From Gemmatimonadales bacterium (GTDB taxonomy: Bacteria; Gemmatimonadota; Gemmatimonadetes; Gemmatimonadales; GWC2-71-9), in assembly GCA_036522815.1 (NCBI GenBank), contig DATDFC010000119.1:2462-66461 (forward strand): a DNA stretch of 64,000 nt, given 5' to 3'. Shown here piece after piece: positions 43,177-51,743 of this stretch (position 1 is the first letter of the stretch; every line of letters starts with the position of its first letter). A model generated the notes under the pieces. The model was given only the letters and a program-made list of their open reading frames with translations, had not been told where the DNA came from and did no database searches. Both the position numbers and the translations under genes were made by a program.

Positions 43177-44988
43177 GTGATCGGCGCGCGGTTCATCAGG
43201 TCGTACCCTCTTCCCGCCCTCGTGAGCGCAGGGCTCGTCGCCGGGCTCGCCGCCCGCTTCGTGTTCGCGGCACCCGCGGTCGCGGACAGGATGTTCTTCG
43301 CGGCGCTCGTCGTCGGTGGCGGGCCACTCGTCGTTCAGACGCTGCGTGGCATGCTGCGGGGGCGTTTCGCCGCGGACATCGTCGCCATGCTCGCGATCGT
43401 CACGGCGCTCGCGCTCGGCCAGTACTTCGCCGGTGCCGTCATCGCCCTCATGCAGTCGGGCGGCGAGGCGCTCGAGCGCTACGCCAAGGGCCGGGCCTCG
43501 CAGTCGCTCGAGGCGCTGCTGGCGCGGGCTCCCAAGATCGGGAGCCGGTTCCGGGGCGAGCAGGTGGAAGAGGTGCCCGTGAGCGCCATCACCGCCGGGG
43601 ACGTGCTGCTGATCCGGCCCGGCGACCTGGTGCCCGTAGACGGCGAGGTCACGGACGGCGTGTCGGCCGTCGATCAGTCCGCGCTGACGGGAGAGCCGCT
43701 CCCGTTGCACGCGGTGCGGGGCACGGCGCTGCTCTCCGGCGGTGTAAACCTGGACGGGGCGCTGCGCATGCGGGCGGTCCGCGCGGCGGGCGAGAGTCAG
43801 TACCAGCAGATCGTCCGCCTCGTAGAGACGGCCCGCCGGGAACGCCCGCCGATCCAGCGACTGGCCGATCGGTTTGCCGTGTGGTTCACGCCCGTGACCC
43901 TGCTCATGTGCGGCGTGGCGTGGCTCATCACCGGGAGTCCGACGAGCGTGCTCGCCGTGCTGGTGGTGGCGACCCCGTGCCCGCTGATCCTCGCCACGCC
44001 GGTGGCGGTGATCGCCGGAATCTCCCGCGCCGCGGACCTGGGCGTCATCGTCAAGACCGGGGCCGCGATCGAGCAGGTGGGCCGGGCCGAAGTCGTCGTG
44101 TTCGACAAGACGGGGACCCTCACCCTCGGCCATCCGGTGGTGGAGCGTGTGCAGGCGACGGACGGCCTGCCGCCCGACGAGCTGCTGCGGCTTGCGTCCG
44201 CGGTCGAGCAGCTGTCGTCGCACCATCTTGGCCGGGCGGTGGTGGAGGCGGGCAGGCGGCTCGGGTCGATCGGCGCGGTCGCCGAGTTCCACGAAACGCC
44301 TGGGTCGGGTGTGACGGGGCTGGTCGACGGACACGCCATTGCGGTGGGGTCGGCGGGGTTCTTCGGGGGACGCGGTATCGTGGTACCGCCGCAACCCGAC
44401 GATCACACCGCGGCGTTCGTCAGCGTCGACGGCCGGCTGGCCGGCGCGATCGAGTTCGCCGACCGGCTACGGCATCAGGTGCCGTCGTTGATGCAGCGCC
44501 TGGCGGTGCTGGGCGTCACGGAGACGGTGATGCTCACGGGAGATCGGGAGTCGAGCGCCGCGGTGATCGCGACGCACGCCGGCATCCGCACCGTGCGGGC
44601 GAACCTGCTCCCCGGCGACAAGGTGGCGGCAGTAGAGGAGCTGAAGCGCCGCTACGGTACCGTCGTGATGGTGGGCGACGGGATCAACGATGCGCCGGCG
44701 CTCGCCGCCGCGACGGTGGGGATCGCGCTGGGCGCGCACGGTACGGCCATCTCCGCGGAGGCGGCGGACGTGGTGCTGCTGGTGGACGATATCGCCCGGG
44801 TGGGAGACGCGATGGCGATCAGCCGGCGGATGCGGCGGATCGTCCTGCAGAGCATCGTGGTCGGGCTGGGCGCGAGCTGCGCGCTGATGATCGTGGCGAG
44901 CTTCGGGTTGTTGTCGCCGCCCGTTGGCGCCGTGCTGCAGGAGGCGCTCGACGCCGCGGTGATTCTCAACGCGCTGCGGGTGCGGTGA
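43177..44988 (+). CDS. P1B-type ATPase with TPCP transmembrane motif (P1B-5-like), no N-terminal metal-binding domain
   Basis: VVATPCPLILATP aligns with the position of CPC. Also FDKTGTLT, MLTGD and VGDGINDAPAL. Only 603 aa. GTG start 37 nt after cbaA. Confidence 0.85.
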   Translation: MIGARFIRSYPLPALVSAGLVAGLAARFVFAAPAVADRMFFAALVVGGGPLVVQTLRGMLRGRFAADIVAMLAIVTALALGQYFAGAVIALMQSGGEALERYAKGRASQSLEALLARAPKIGSRFRGEQVEEVPVSAITAGDVLLIRPGDLVPVDGEVTDGVSAVDQSALTGEPLPLHAVRGTALLSGGVNLDGALRMRAVRAAGESQYQQIVRLVETARRERPPIQRLADRFAVWFTPVTLLMCGVAWLITGSPTSVLAVLVVATPCPLILATPVAVIAGISRAADLGVIVKTGAAIEQVGRAEVVVFDKTGTLTLGHPVVERVQATDGLPPDELLRLASAVEQLSSHHLGRAVVEAGRRLGSIGAVAEFHETPGSGVTGLVDGHAIAVGSAGFFGGRGIVVPPQPDDHTAAFVSVDGRLAGAIEFADRLRHQVPSLMQRLAVLGVTETVMLTGDRESSAAVIATHAGIRTVRANLLPGDKVAAVEELKRRYGTVVMVGDGINDAPALAAATVGIALGAHGTAISAEAADVVLLVDDIARVGDAMAISRRMRRIVLQSIVVGLGASCALMIVASFGLLSPPVGAVLQEALDAAVILNALRVR

Positions 44989-44999
44989 CCGTGCTTAAA

Positions 45000-45569
45000 T
45001 CATGGTAGGGCTCCGATCGATTGGCCGATGGTCATCTGCTTGCGCGCGAAGTCCTGCGCGAACGTACGGAGGTCGTCCCAATCGGTGTACTCGTAGTCAC
45101 GGGTGGTATCCGTGTCCCCGCCCGCTTTCGCCACGATCCGCTTCATGAACCAACGCGTCAGCCAGTCGTACTGCGTATACAAGAGGGCCCCCGCAACGGT
45201 CTTCGTGATCGTTGGCTGCCATCCGCTGGCCTGGAGGAACCGGTTCATGATCGCGCGCACTGCGGTCTGCGCCTCGGGGCGCGGCTCGAGGATCCCCAGG
45301 CATACGGAGACGAACGCGCTGGGCACCAGGTTCAACTGGTCGGCGTGTGTGCGCACCCAGCGCTTGACCGCGCGCTGATAGCCCCCGGCGTGGATCGAGG
45401 CCGCGACGACGACTCCGTCGTAGGCGGCCGGGTCGAGCTCACGGGGAATCCGCTCCCCGTCGATCACGTCGCACGGAAACCCTTCCTCCCCGAGCGTCTC
45501 GCCCAGCGCCGTCGCGATCTTGCGGGTGTGACCGTTGGTGGTGCCGTACAGAATCAGGAGTCGCGCCAT
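45000..45569 (-). CDS. flavodoxin-domain protein, HemG-like (possible menaquinone-dependent protoporphyrinogen oxidase)
   Basis: MARLLILYGTTNGHTRKIA (flavodoxin FMN loop), about 189 aa, with a long-loop region as in HemG. Confidence 0.6.
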   Translation of the reverse strand: MARLLILYGTTNGHTRKIATALGETLGEEGFPCDVIDGERIPRELDPAAYDGVVVAASIHAGGYQRAVKRWVRTHADQLNLVPSAFVSVCLGILEPRPEAQTAVRAIMNRFLQASGWQPTITKTVAGALLYTQYDWLTRWFMKRIVAKAGGDTDTTRDYEYTDWDDLRTFAQDFARKQMTIGQSIGALP

Positions 45570-45656
45570 GGCCTTTTCTCACGCGGTGGGAGTCACCCGA
45601 AAGGTGACGCCCGTGGCGTGAAGGCGCGCTGAGAAATCCGTGATGCGTCCCTCAGG

Positions 45657-46190
45657 CTACGGGCGCTCGCGGTACCGGTCGCGCTCCTCGCGCGGCAGAA
45701 TCATGGCGCGCGCGACCGCCGTCGCGTCGACGGCGATCAGCAGGCCCTCCCGCGGCAGGCTCTGCACGCCAACGATCGTCCCGGCCGGCGAGTTGCGCTG
45801 CGGGAAGAAGTCGGGCGCGGCCGCGCGGATCACGTCGAGATCGGCCGGCTTGGCGTTGACGACGTAGATGGTGAGCTTGGCGACCTCGGCCGGCGTCACG
45901 CCGGCGATGCGGAGCACGGTCGCGAGATTCGCGAACGCCTGCGTCGCCTGGGCGCGCAGGTCCCCCGGACCCACCAGCTGGCCCGTCGAATCGAGCGACA
46001 CCTCGCCCGACACGTACACGGTCGACCCCACCTTCACCGCGTGCGTGAAGCCGGGGAGGGCGGCCAGGGTGCCGGGGTTGATGTAGCGCGTCCCGACGGG
46101 GTCCGGCCCGGATCGGAGCGTCCCGGGGGTGGGAGCGACGCAGGCGGCGAACACGACGATGGTGGCGGGAGTCAACAGGGCGATCCGCAT
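45657..46190 (-). CDS. RidA/YjgF-family protein with lipoprotein signal
   Basis: ORF trimmed to MRIALLTPATIVVFAAC. RidA core AVKVGSTVYVSGEV...IYV and PAGTIVGVQSLPREGLLIAVDA. Confidence 0.75.
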   Translation of the reverse strand: MRIALLTPATIVVFAACVAPTPGTLRSGPDPVGTRYINPGTLAALPGFTHAVKVGSTVYVSGEVSLDSTGQLVGPGDLRAQATQAFANLATVLRIAGVTPAEVAKLTIYVVNAKPADLDVIRAAAPDFFPQRNSPAGTIVGVQSLPREGLLIAVDATAVARAMILPREERDRYRERP

Positions 46191-46267
46191 GCGATGCTCC
46201 TCGAGGTGGGTAGTCAGGATATCAACGCCACTCTGTATACGCCCGCCCAGGGGTCGGAGTTCAACCC

Positions 46268-47398
46268 TCAAAACATGAACCCCGCGCGGACGTAGACCGC
46301 CGTGCGCTCGGGGCTCCGGGAGACCGCGACCGACAGAGTCGTGGCCCGGCGATGCTGCCAGGCGAGCCACAGCCCGCCTCCCCCCGCGGCGTGCCAACGG
46401 TCTGACGACTCCCCCGTGGTCCACACCCGCCCCGCGTCCGCCAGCCCGAAGATGCCGACGTCGGCGAACGGCAGGCGGCCGGCGGGCAACCGCAGCTCGA
46501 CGTTCCCATAGGCGCCTCGCCGTCCCGCGAAACGCTGCCCGGCGTAGCCCCGGACCGTCGTTTCACCCCCCACGTACACCAGCTCCTGGAACGGGACGGT
46601 GCCGCTCACCGCGGCGCCGCCGGCGCGGAGCGTGAGCGTCGCCGCCGGCGGGTCCCCGGCCGAGAGGTAGGTCGACGCCTCCGCCGACCAGCTCGCGAAG
46701 GGGTTGGCGACGTCCCAAACAGCTGGGTGCCAGCGTCCCGCCAGGGTCAGGTGCAGCCCGCGGGTCGGAGCGGTCGGGACGTCGCGCGTGTCGAGCTCGA
46801 GCGCGGCGCGCGCGCCGATCTGGCCGAAGTCGCCCGCCCCGTACGGCCGGGCGAGGGCCAGGACCGTGCCGGCGTCGACCGGGGTGTGCGTGTACTCGAG
46901 CAGCGGGCCCAGCGTCAGCCGGAATCGCGGTGCCAGGGGGATGGCCACCCGCGGCCCCAGCAGCAGCTGGGTCTGGCGCACGCGATACACGCTGTCCGGC
47001 CGCGACCCGGCGGTTTCGTTGCCCGTGCCATAGAACCGCGTGAGTTCGAGGCCCGAGACGCGCAGCTCGACGAAGAGAATCGACGGAGAGAGTGGCCGCC
47101 GGAATTCACCGGCCGCGTCCAGGCGGCAGGCGCGCACGCCGGTTGCACAAGCGCCCTCGGCGAGCAGGCGCGTGCTGGGCGGGAGCGCGCGGAATCCGTA
47201 GCGGGTGTGTGTGATCCCCGCCCCGACGAGGAGTCCGATGTCGGGGGAATAGCTCACGCCCCAGAGCGGCACCGTCTGCGGTCGCCAGGCAGCGGTGCCG
47301 CTCTGCGCGGAGGCCTGTGGTGGCCGCGCCAACGCCAGCCCGCCTAGGCTCGCGAGTGCGAGGGCGCGACGGATCGAGCGCGCCACAAGCCGGAACAT
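46268..47398 (-). CDS. Omp85/surface-antigen (D15) family outer-membrane beta-barrel, no POTRA domains
   Basis: ORF trimmed to MFRLVARS..., with a signal ending ASAQ. Also GGETTVRGY, FADVGIFGLADAGRVW, and a C-terminal ...YVRAGFMF. Confidence 0.7.
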   Translation of the reverse strand: MFRLVARSIRRALALASLGGLALARPPQASAQSGTAAWRPQTVPLWGVSYSPDIGLLVGAGITHTRYGFRALPPSTRLLAEGACATGVRACRLDAAGEFRRPLSPSILFVELRVSGLELTRFYGTGNETAGSRPDSVYRVRQTQLLLGPRVAIPLAPRFRLTLGPLLEYTHTPVDAGTVLALARPYGAGDFGQIGARAALELDTRDVPTAPTRGLHLTLAGRWHPAVWDVANPFASWSAEASTYLSAGDPPAATLTLRAGGAAVSGTVPFQELVYVGGETTVRGYAGQRFAGRRGAYGNVELRLPAGRLPFADVGIFGLADAGRVWTTGESSDRWHAAGGGGLWLAWQHRRATTLSVAVSRSPERTAVYVRAGFMF

Positions 47399-47431
47399 CC
47401 CGCTCCCGCGGTGCGGGAGCAAGGCTCGACG

Positions 47432-47686
47432 TTACCGCAGCTGGTGCGCCAGCTGGGACTTCACCTCGGACCGCGGTCTTGTGCGCGGACGCGTGTCGAT
47501 GCCGAGGTCTGTGTACAGGAAGCACGTTCCGGCGATCGCGGTGACGAGCACGGCGAGGCCGACGAGCCCCGCGCCAAGCGCCAGGAACGGACGCTGGTCC
47601 GCGACGACCGCACCCAGCACGATGAACAGGCTTCCGAGCACGGCCCGGATGGCGGTGTCCACGCCGCCGACGTTGTTCTTGAACAT
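47432..47686 (-). CDS. DUF2892-like small membrane protein
   Basis: ORF trimmed to MFKNNVGGVDTAIRAVLG..., with two TM helices and AGTCFLY. Confidence 0.6.
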   Translation of the reverse strand: MFKNNVGGVDTAIRAVLGSLFIVLGAVVADQRPFLALGAGLVGLAVLVTAIAGTCFLYTDLGIDTRPRTRPRSEVKSQLAHQLR

Positions 47687-47841
47687 GGCTCCACCCTTGT
47701 GAGGCTGCAGACCCAAGATCGCCGGGCGCCCGTGAAGCGAGCGGGAAGCACCCGTGAACGGGTCTTCATCGGCGTCTTACACCAGGTTCACTCGGCTCGG
47801 CGTACACTCACGGTGGCACCGGACAAGGAGGAGGCGCGGGC

Positions 47842-47940
47842 ATGAGGCTGCCGTTCGACGCGACGCAGTTCTTTGCGGTCTTCGCGCGCTACAACGCCGC
47901 TGTACTCGCGGCACATTCTCTCATCGTGAATTCATCCTAG
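47842..47940 (+). pseudogene. 32-codon remnant resembling the N-terminus of a DUF6064-like membrane protein
   Basis: AGGAGGAGG RBS plus ATG. MRLPFDATQFFAVFARYNAAV then diverges and stops after 32 codons. GC content drops at about 47915. The family assignment is from memory only. Confidence 0.3.
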
Positions 47941-48014
47941 TTTCATCCGCGAATCTCCACGCTTTCCGCATTCGCCTTTCGGAGGCGCGGGCCCATGCTC
48001 GCCGTGGATGAGCC

Positions 48015-48989
48015 ATGAACAGACGACTGAAGCAGGTCGCCGTGGTGTGCGTCGTCGTCTTGGCCGCCGCTCAACTCGTTCGCCCCGAGCGCGCGAACCC
48101 GGCGACGAATCAAAGTCACACGATTCAAGCGCAGGTGGGGACGGCGAGCGGGCTGGTCGGCGTCCTGGATCGCGCGTGCCGCGACTGTCACTCGAATGCG
48201 ACCGTATGGCCGCCGTACACCCAAATTGCACCCCTCTCCTGGCTCATGGCGCACGCGGTGAAGCAAGGGCGCAAGGCCGTCAACTTTTCAGAGTGGGCCG
48301 CCTATCCGCCCGAAGTGCAGCGGAACCTGCTGGCCGAGTCATGCGCGGACGCGTCAACCGGCAAGATGCCCGGCCTATACACACGGCTGCAGCCGGAAAC
48401 GCGGCTCTCGGCTCAGGACATCGAGACGATCTGCGCGGCCGCGCGGCAGCCCAAGCGCCAACAGCCAAAGCTTCTCAATGAAGGCCACTGGAGGGCTACC
48501 CACATGAGGCGCCGCCAGATTGCCTTGATTCTCATCCTCATCGTCGACGTGGGATACATCGCGTGGGGCGCGGGAGCCGCAGCATCGCCGGAACAGCTGC
48601 TCGGTCCGGGCGGCAAGGGGATCCTGCCGGCGGCGTACGAAGGTTACTCCGGGGCGTCGTGGTCGGAGCTGGCGAAAGCCTCCCCGCTGATCGCCGGATA
48701 CATGAGGGTGCTGTACCGGATGTACGGCGTTTACTGCACCCTCTTCGGATTGACGGGCACCGCCATCGCTGTCACCGCCTTCCGCCGCGGTGAGCGCTGG
48801 GCTTGGTGGACACTGCTCGTCGGCAACACGGTCGCGTTGGTGTCGGCCATAACCATGGACAAGCTGGTGAACGCCATCGGGCCGTTCGAGGTGACCGAAT
48901 ATCTCGGCCTCGTACTCATCTGGGGAGCGTTCGCGATCACGGCTCCATTCCGTGCAGCAGCGCAGCCGGTTCCGTCTCCAGGCGTCTGA
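48015..48989 (+). CDS. haem-binding-domain (CxxCH) protein fused to a 4-TM membrane domain
   Basis: Signal/anchor, CRDCHS...WPPYTQIAPLSWLMAHAV (Haem_bd-like), a basic linker, then hydrophobic helices (IALILILIVDV..., TLFGLTGTAIAV...). Confidence 0.7.
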   Translation: MNRRLKQVAVVCVVVLAAAQLVRPERANPATNQSHTIQAQVGTASGLVGVLDRACRDCHSNATVWPPYTQIAPLSWLMAHAVKQGRKAVNFSEWAAYPPEVQRNLLAESCADASTGKMPGLYTRLQPETRLSAQDIETICAAARQPKRQQPKLLNEGHWRATHMRRRQIALILILIVDVGYIAWGAGAAASPEQLLGPGGKGILPAAYEGYSGASWSELAKASPLIAGYMRVLYRMYGVYCTLFGLTGTAIAVTAFRRGERWAWWTLLVGNTVALVSAITMDKLVNAIGPFEVTEYLGLVLIWGAFAITAPFRAAAQPVPSPGV

Positions 48990-49035
48990 GCCGGCCGTCG
49001 CGTTCCTGCTACTGAAATCGTGACGGAGGTGGAAA

Positions 49036-49515
49036 ATGCCAACGATGAAGGAAGCCGCTTCCGAGTTCCTTGCTCACAAGCGGATCGCCGTGACAGGCGT
49101 GTCGCGAAGGCCCACGGATCACGGATCCAATACCGTGTTCAAGCGTCTGCGCCAGCGGGGTTACGAGGTGTTCGCGGTGAACCCCAATGCGGACCAGGTT
49201 GAGGGTGCCCACAGTTATCACAACTTGCGGAGCATCCCCGGAGGAGTCGATGCCGTCGTCATCGCCACCGCGCCCGACAAGGCGGAGGGCACGATGCGGG
49301 AGTGCGCCGAGCTCGGCATCAAGCACGTGTGGATGCATCGGTCCTACGGCCAGGGCAGCGTCAGCGCCGCGGCCACGGCCTACGGACGTGAGCACGGCAT
49401 CACCGTGATCGACGGTGGCTGTCCGCTCATGTTCGACCCCACTGGAGACTTCGGCCACAAGGTCATGCGCGTGGTCTTTTCCGGCCACGTCCCGAAGACC
49501 ATAGCAGCAGTCTAG
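49036..49515 (+). CDS. CoA-binding domain protein (YccU/YneT-like)
   Basis: RIAVTGVSRRP...GSNTVFKRLRQRGYEVFAVNPN...VDAVVIATAP. Confidence 0.8.
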   Translation: MPTMKEAASEFLAHKRIAVTGVSRRPTDHGSNTVFKRLRQRGYEVFAVNPNADQVEGAHSYHNLRSIPGGVDAVVIATAPDKAEGTMRECAELGIKHVWMHRSYGQGSVSAAATAYGREHGITVIDGGCPLMFDPTGDFGHKVMRVVFSGHVPKTIAAV

Positions 49516-49540
49516 GCGGTGCCATCCGGGCGAGCCCGCC

Positions 49541-49918
49541 GTGGGGGTCGCGCGCTGCATTCGACTGCCCACGGAGCCGCACGTCGCGGAGGTCGCGGTC
49601 ACGGTCCTCGACGCGTATCAAGGGCGGGGCCTCGGCACCCTCTTGCTCGGCGTGTTGAGCCAAGCCGCGGCCGCGCAGGGCATCCGAAGCTTCCGCGCCT
49701 ACGTGCAGGAAGACAACGATGCAATGCTGCGGATCTTTCGCGACCTGGGCGCGCATGTCGGATGCCTGGAGGCGGGGGTGTACCAGTTGGACATCCCCGT
49801 GCCGCAGGATGCGGAGGATTTGCCTGACACACCGACCGGACGGGTGTTCAAGGCAGTGGCGGCGCGCCAGCTAGCGACGGCTCCGCGTCGCGGTGCGGCT
49901 CGCGCGTCCGGGCGGTGA
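49541..49918 (+). CDS. GNAT acetyltransferase fragment (N-terminally truncated), possibly a pseudogene
   Basis: Only the motif A/B part is present (VTVLDAYQGRGLGTLLL...AYVQEDNDAMLRIFRDLG). The frame opens at 49505, right after a stop, so there is no room for the N-terminal half. Confidence 0.45.
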   Translation: MGVARCIRLPTEPHVAEVAVTVLDAYQGRGLGTLLLGVLSQAAAAQGIRSFRAYVQEDNDAMLRIFRDLGAHVGCLEAGVYQLDIPVPQDAEDLPDTPTGRVFKAVAARQLATAPRRGAARASGR

Positions 49919-51743
49919 GTCGCGCGATCGCCCGGTACACCGCATCGCGCAGCCCCTTCTCGCGCGGATCGTTCTCCAAATAGAAGTCCAGCCTGTTCAT
50001 AACGTAGGCGTAGCCGAGTTCCGCGTCGGGGTCGGCGAACGCGAAGGAGCCTCCCGCCCCGGGAGCACCGAACGCCCGGGGACTCGAGCCGAACCACACC
50101 TCGGGCCCCGGCCGCAGGAAGCCGAGCGAGAAATAGCTCGGCACCCCCAGCACCACGTCCTTTTGCCCGGTGGCTTTGGGCGGCGCCGTCAAGCGCGCGA
50201 ACGTCTGCGGCGCGATCCCGAGCTCGGCCCCGCCTGCCGCGAAGGCCGAATAGGCGCGCGCGATCGCGCGCGCGGTGCCCACCCCGTTGCCGGCAGGGAC
50301 CTCGACCTCGAGATAGCGTCGGTCGTTCGGGTCGACGCTCAGCCCGGCGAACGACCTGCGCAGCAGCGAGCCCGGCTGGATCATCTTGATCGTCGTGGCC
50401 GGCGGCGTGTAGCGCAGCGCCAGGAGCCCCCGCCAGGGGGAAAGCGGCTTGACCCGCGCGAGCCGTTCGTCGGGGATTGCGGGCGGGAGCCCGATATAGA
50501 ACTCCAAGTGCAGTGGCACCGCGATTTCGTCGTGGAAGAACCGACCGAGCGTGCGGTGCACGGGATCGACGCGGCGGATCAGCTCCTGCATATACAGCCC
50601 GATCGTCATCGTGTGGTAACCGTGGCGCGTGCCCGGCACCCACGCGGGCCGCTGGCGGGCGAGCAGGCGTGCCACATAATCCAGGTCGCGCAGCTTCTCG
50701 ATCGAGAGCTGCTCGTCGAGCAGCACGATCCCCGCCTCGTGCCCGAGCAGCTGGCGCACGGTCACGTGCTCCTTGCCGTTCTGCGCGAACTCGGGCCAGT
50801 AGCGAGCGACGGGGGCATCGTAGTCGAGCCAGCCGCGGGCGTTCGCGACCGCGAGCGTCATAGCCGCAAGGCCCTTGGTGGTGGACATCACGACCACCAT
50901 CGTGTCCTCGTTCCACGGCTCCTCGCCGTCCGGTGTGCGGCGGCCACCCCAGAGATCGACGACCTTCTCGCCGCGCCAGTACGCCGCCACGGCGGCGCCG
51001 ATCTCGCCCCGCTCGGCGAAGTTGCGCTCGAACTCGGCCTTCACCGCTTCGAACCCGGGAGCGACGAGCCCGGCGACCGTCCTCACCCCCTGACCCCCTC
51101 GCCATTCTGGAGAGGGGGAACGAAGCGTCCGGCGCCGCCGCAGCGCGACGCTGAACACCACGAGCCAGAGTAGGTACGCGCCGACGTTGATGCGCTCCCA
51201 GAGTCCTACCCATCGCGTGGGGAGGTTGGCCGCGATCTTGGGCCCGTCCAATCCGGTCAACGTGCCGAATACCAGCCAGACCACGATCGTCGCAACGGAA
51301 TAGAGGCGGAGCCGTTTCCCGAACGCCGCCGCCCCGAATCCGATCGCGAGCAGCATACCGACCAGCGTGACCATCGTCCACACGATGTGCAGGGTATCGG
51401 TTAGCGTGAATCCGGCGCCACGCAGGTGCATCGGTGGCCAGCCGAGGCCGAGGATTCCGGAAGCGATCAGCACGCCGCCCACTACGCGCAGCGCGCGGCT
51501 CCCCCTTGCCGATAGCCAGACGCCCCAGCCAAAAGCGGCCACGAGCAGGGTGTAGACGATCCCAAGCGCCACCCACAGCGGCCGCGTCGGCGCGTCGATT
51601 GCGGACAGCTCGCTGATGGCTTGCGACGCAGAGCCGTAGCCCTCCCACCGCATCGGTACGAAAACGAGCATCGCCGCATAGAGCAGCGCCGCGAGGATGC
51701 CGCAGGCGAGCAAAGCGTTTCGATGAGTGCCTGACGATTCCAT
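49848..51743 (-). CDS. DUF998-like membrane domain fused to a beta-lactamase-family serine hydrolase
   Basis: The N-terminal ~200 aa have 6 TM segments with AISELSA. The hydrolase part has the SxxK motif (MSTTKG) and an EstA/class-C-like pattern. Confidence 0.8.
   Translation of the reverse strand: MESSGTHRNALLACGILAALLYAAMLVFVPMRWEGYGSASQAISELSAIDAPTRPLWVALGIVYTLLVAAFGWGVWLSARGSRALRVVGGVLIASGILGLGWPPMHLRGAGFTLTDTLHIVWTMVTLVGMLLAIGFGAAAFGKRLRLYSVATIVVWLVFGTLTGLDGPKIAANLPTRWVGLWERINVGAYLLWLVVFSVALRRRRTLRSPSPEWRGGQGVRTVAGLVAPGFEAVKAEFERNFAERGEIGAAVAAYWRGEKVVDLWGGRRTPDGEEPWNEDTMVVVMSTTKGLAAMTLAVANARGWLDYDAPVARYWPEFAQNGKEHVTVRQLLGHEAGIVLLDEQLSIEKLRDLDYVARLLARQRPAWVPGTRHGYHTMTIGLYMQELIRRVDPVHRTLGRFFHDEIAVPLHLEFYIGLPPAIPDERLARVKPLSPWRGLLALRYTPPATTIKMIQPGSLLRRSFAGLSVDPNDRRYLEVEVPAGNGVGTARAIARAYSAFAAGGAELGIAPQTFARLTAPPKATGQKDVVLGVPSYFSLGFLRPGPEVWFGSSPRAFGAPGAGGSFAFADPDAELGYAYVMNRLDFYLENDPREKGLRDAVYRAIARLTARTREPHRDAEPSLAGAPPLP

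Noticed and set aside
41463-44406. 543-aa and 497-aa minus-strand ORFs opposite cbaA and the P-type ATPase
   Set aside because: Same shadow-ORF composition. The plus-strand products carry the oxidase His ligand motifs and the DKTGT/GDGxNDxP ATPase motifs.
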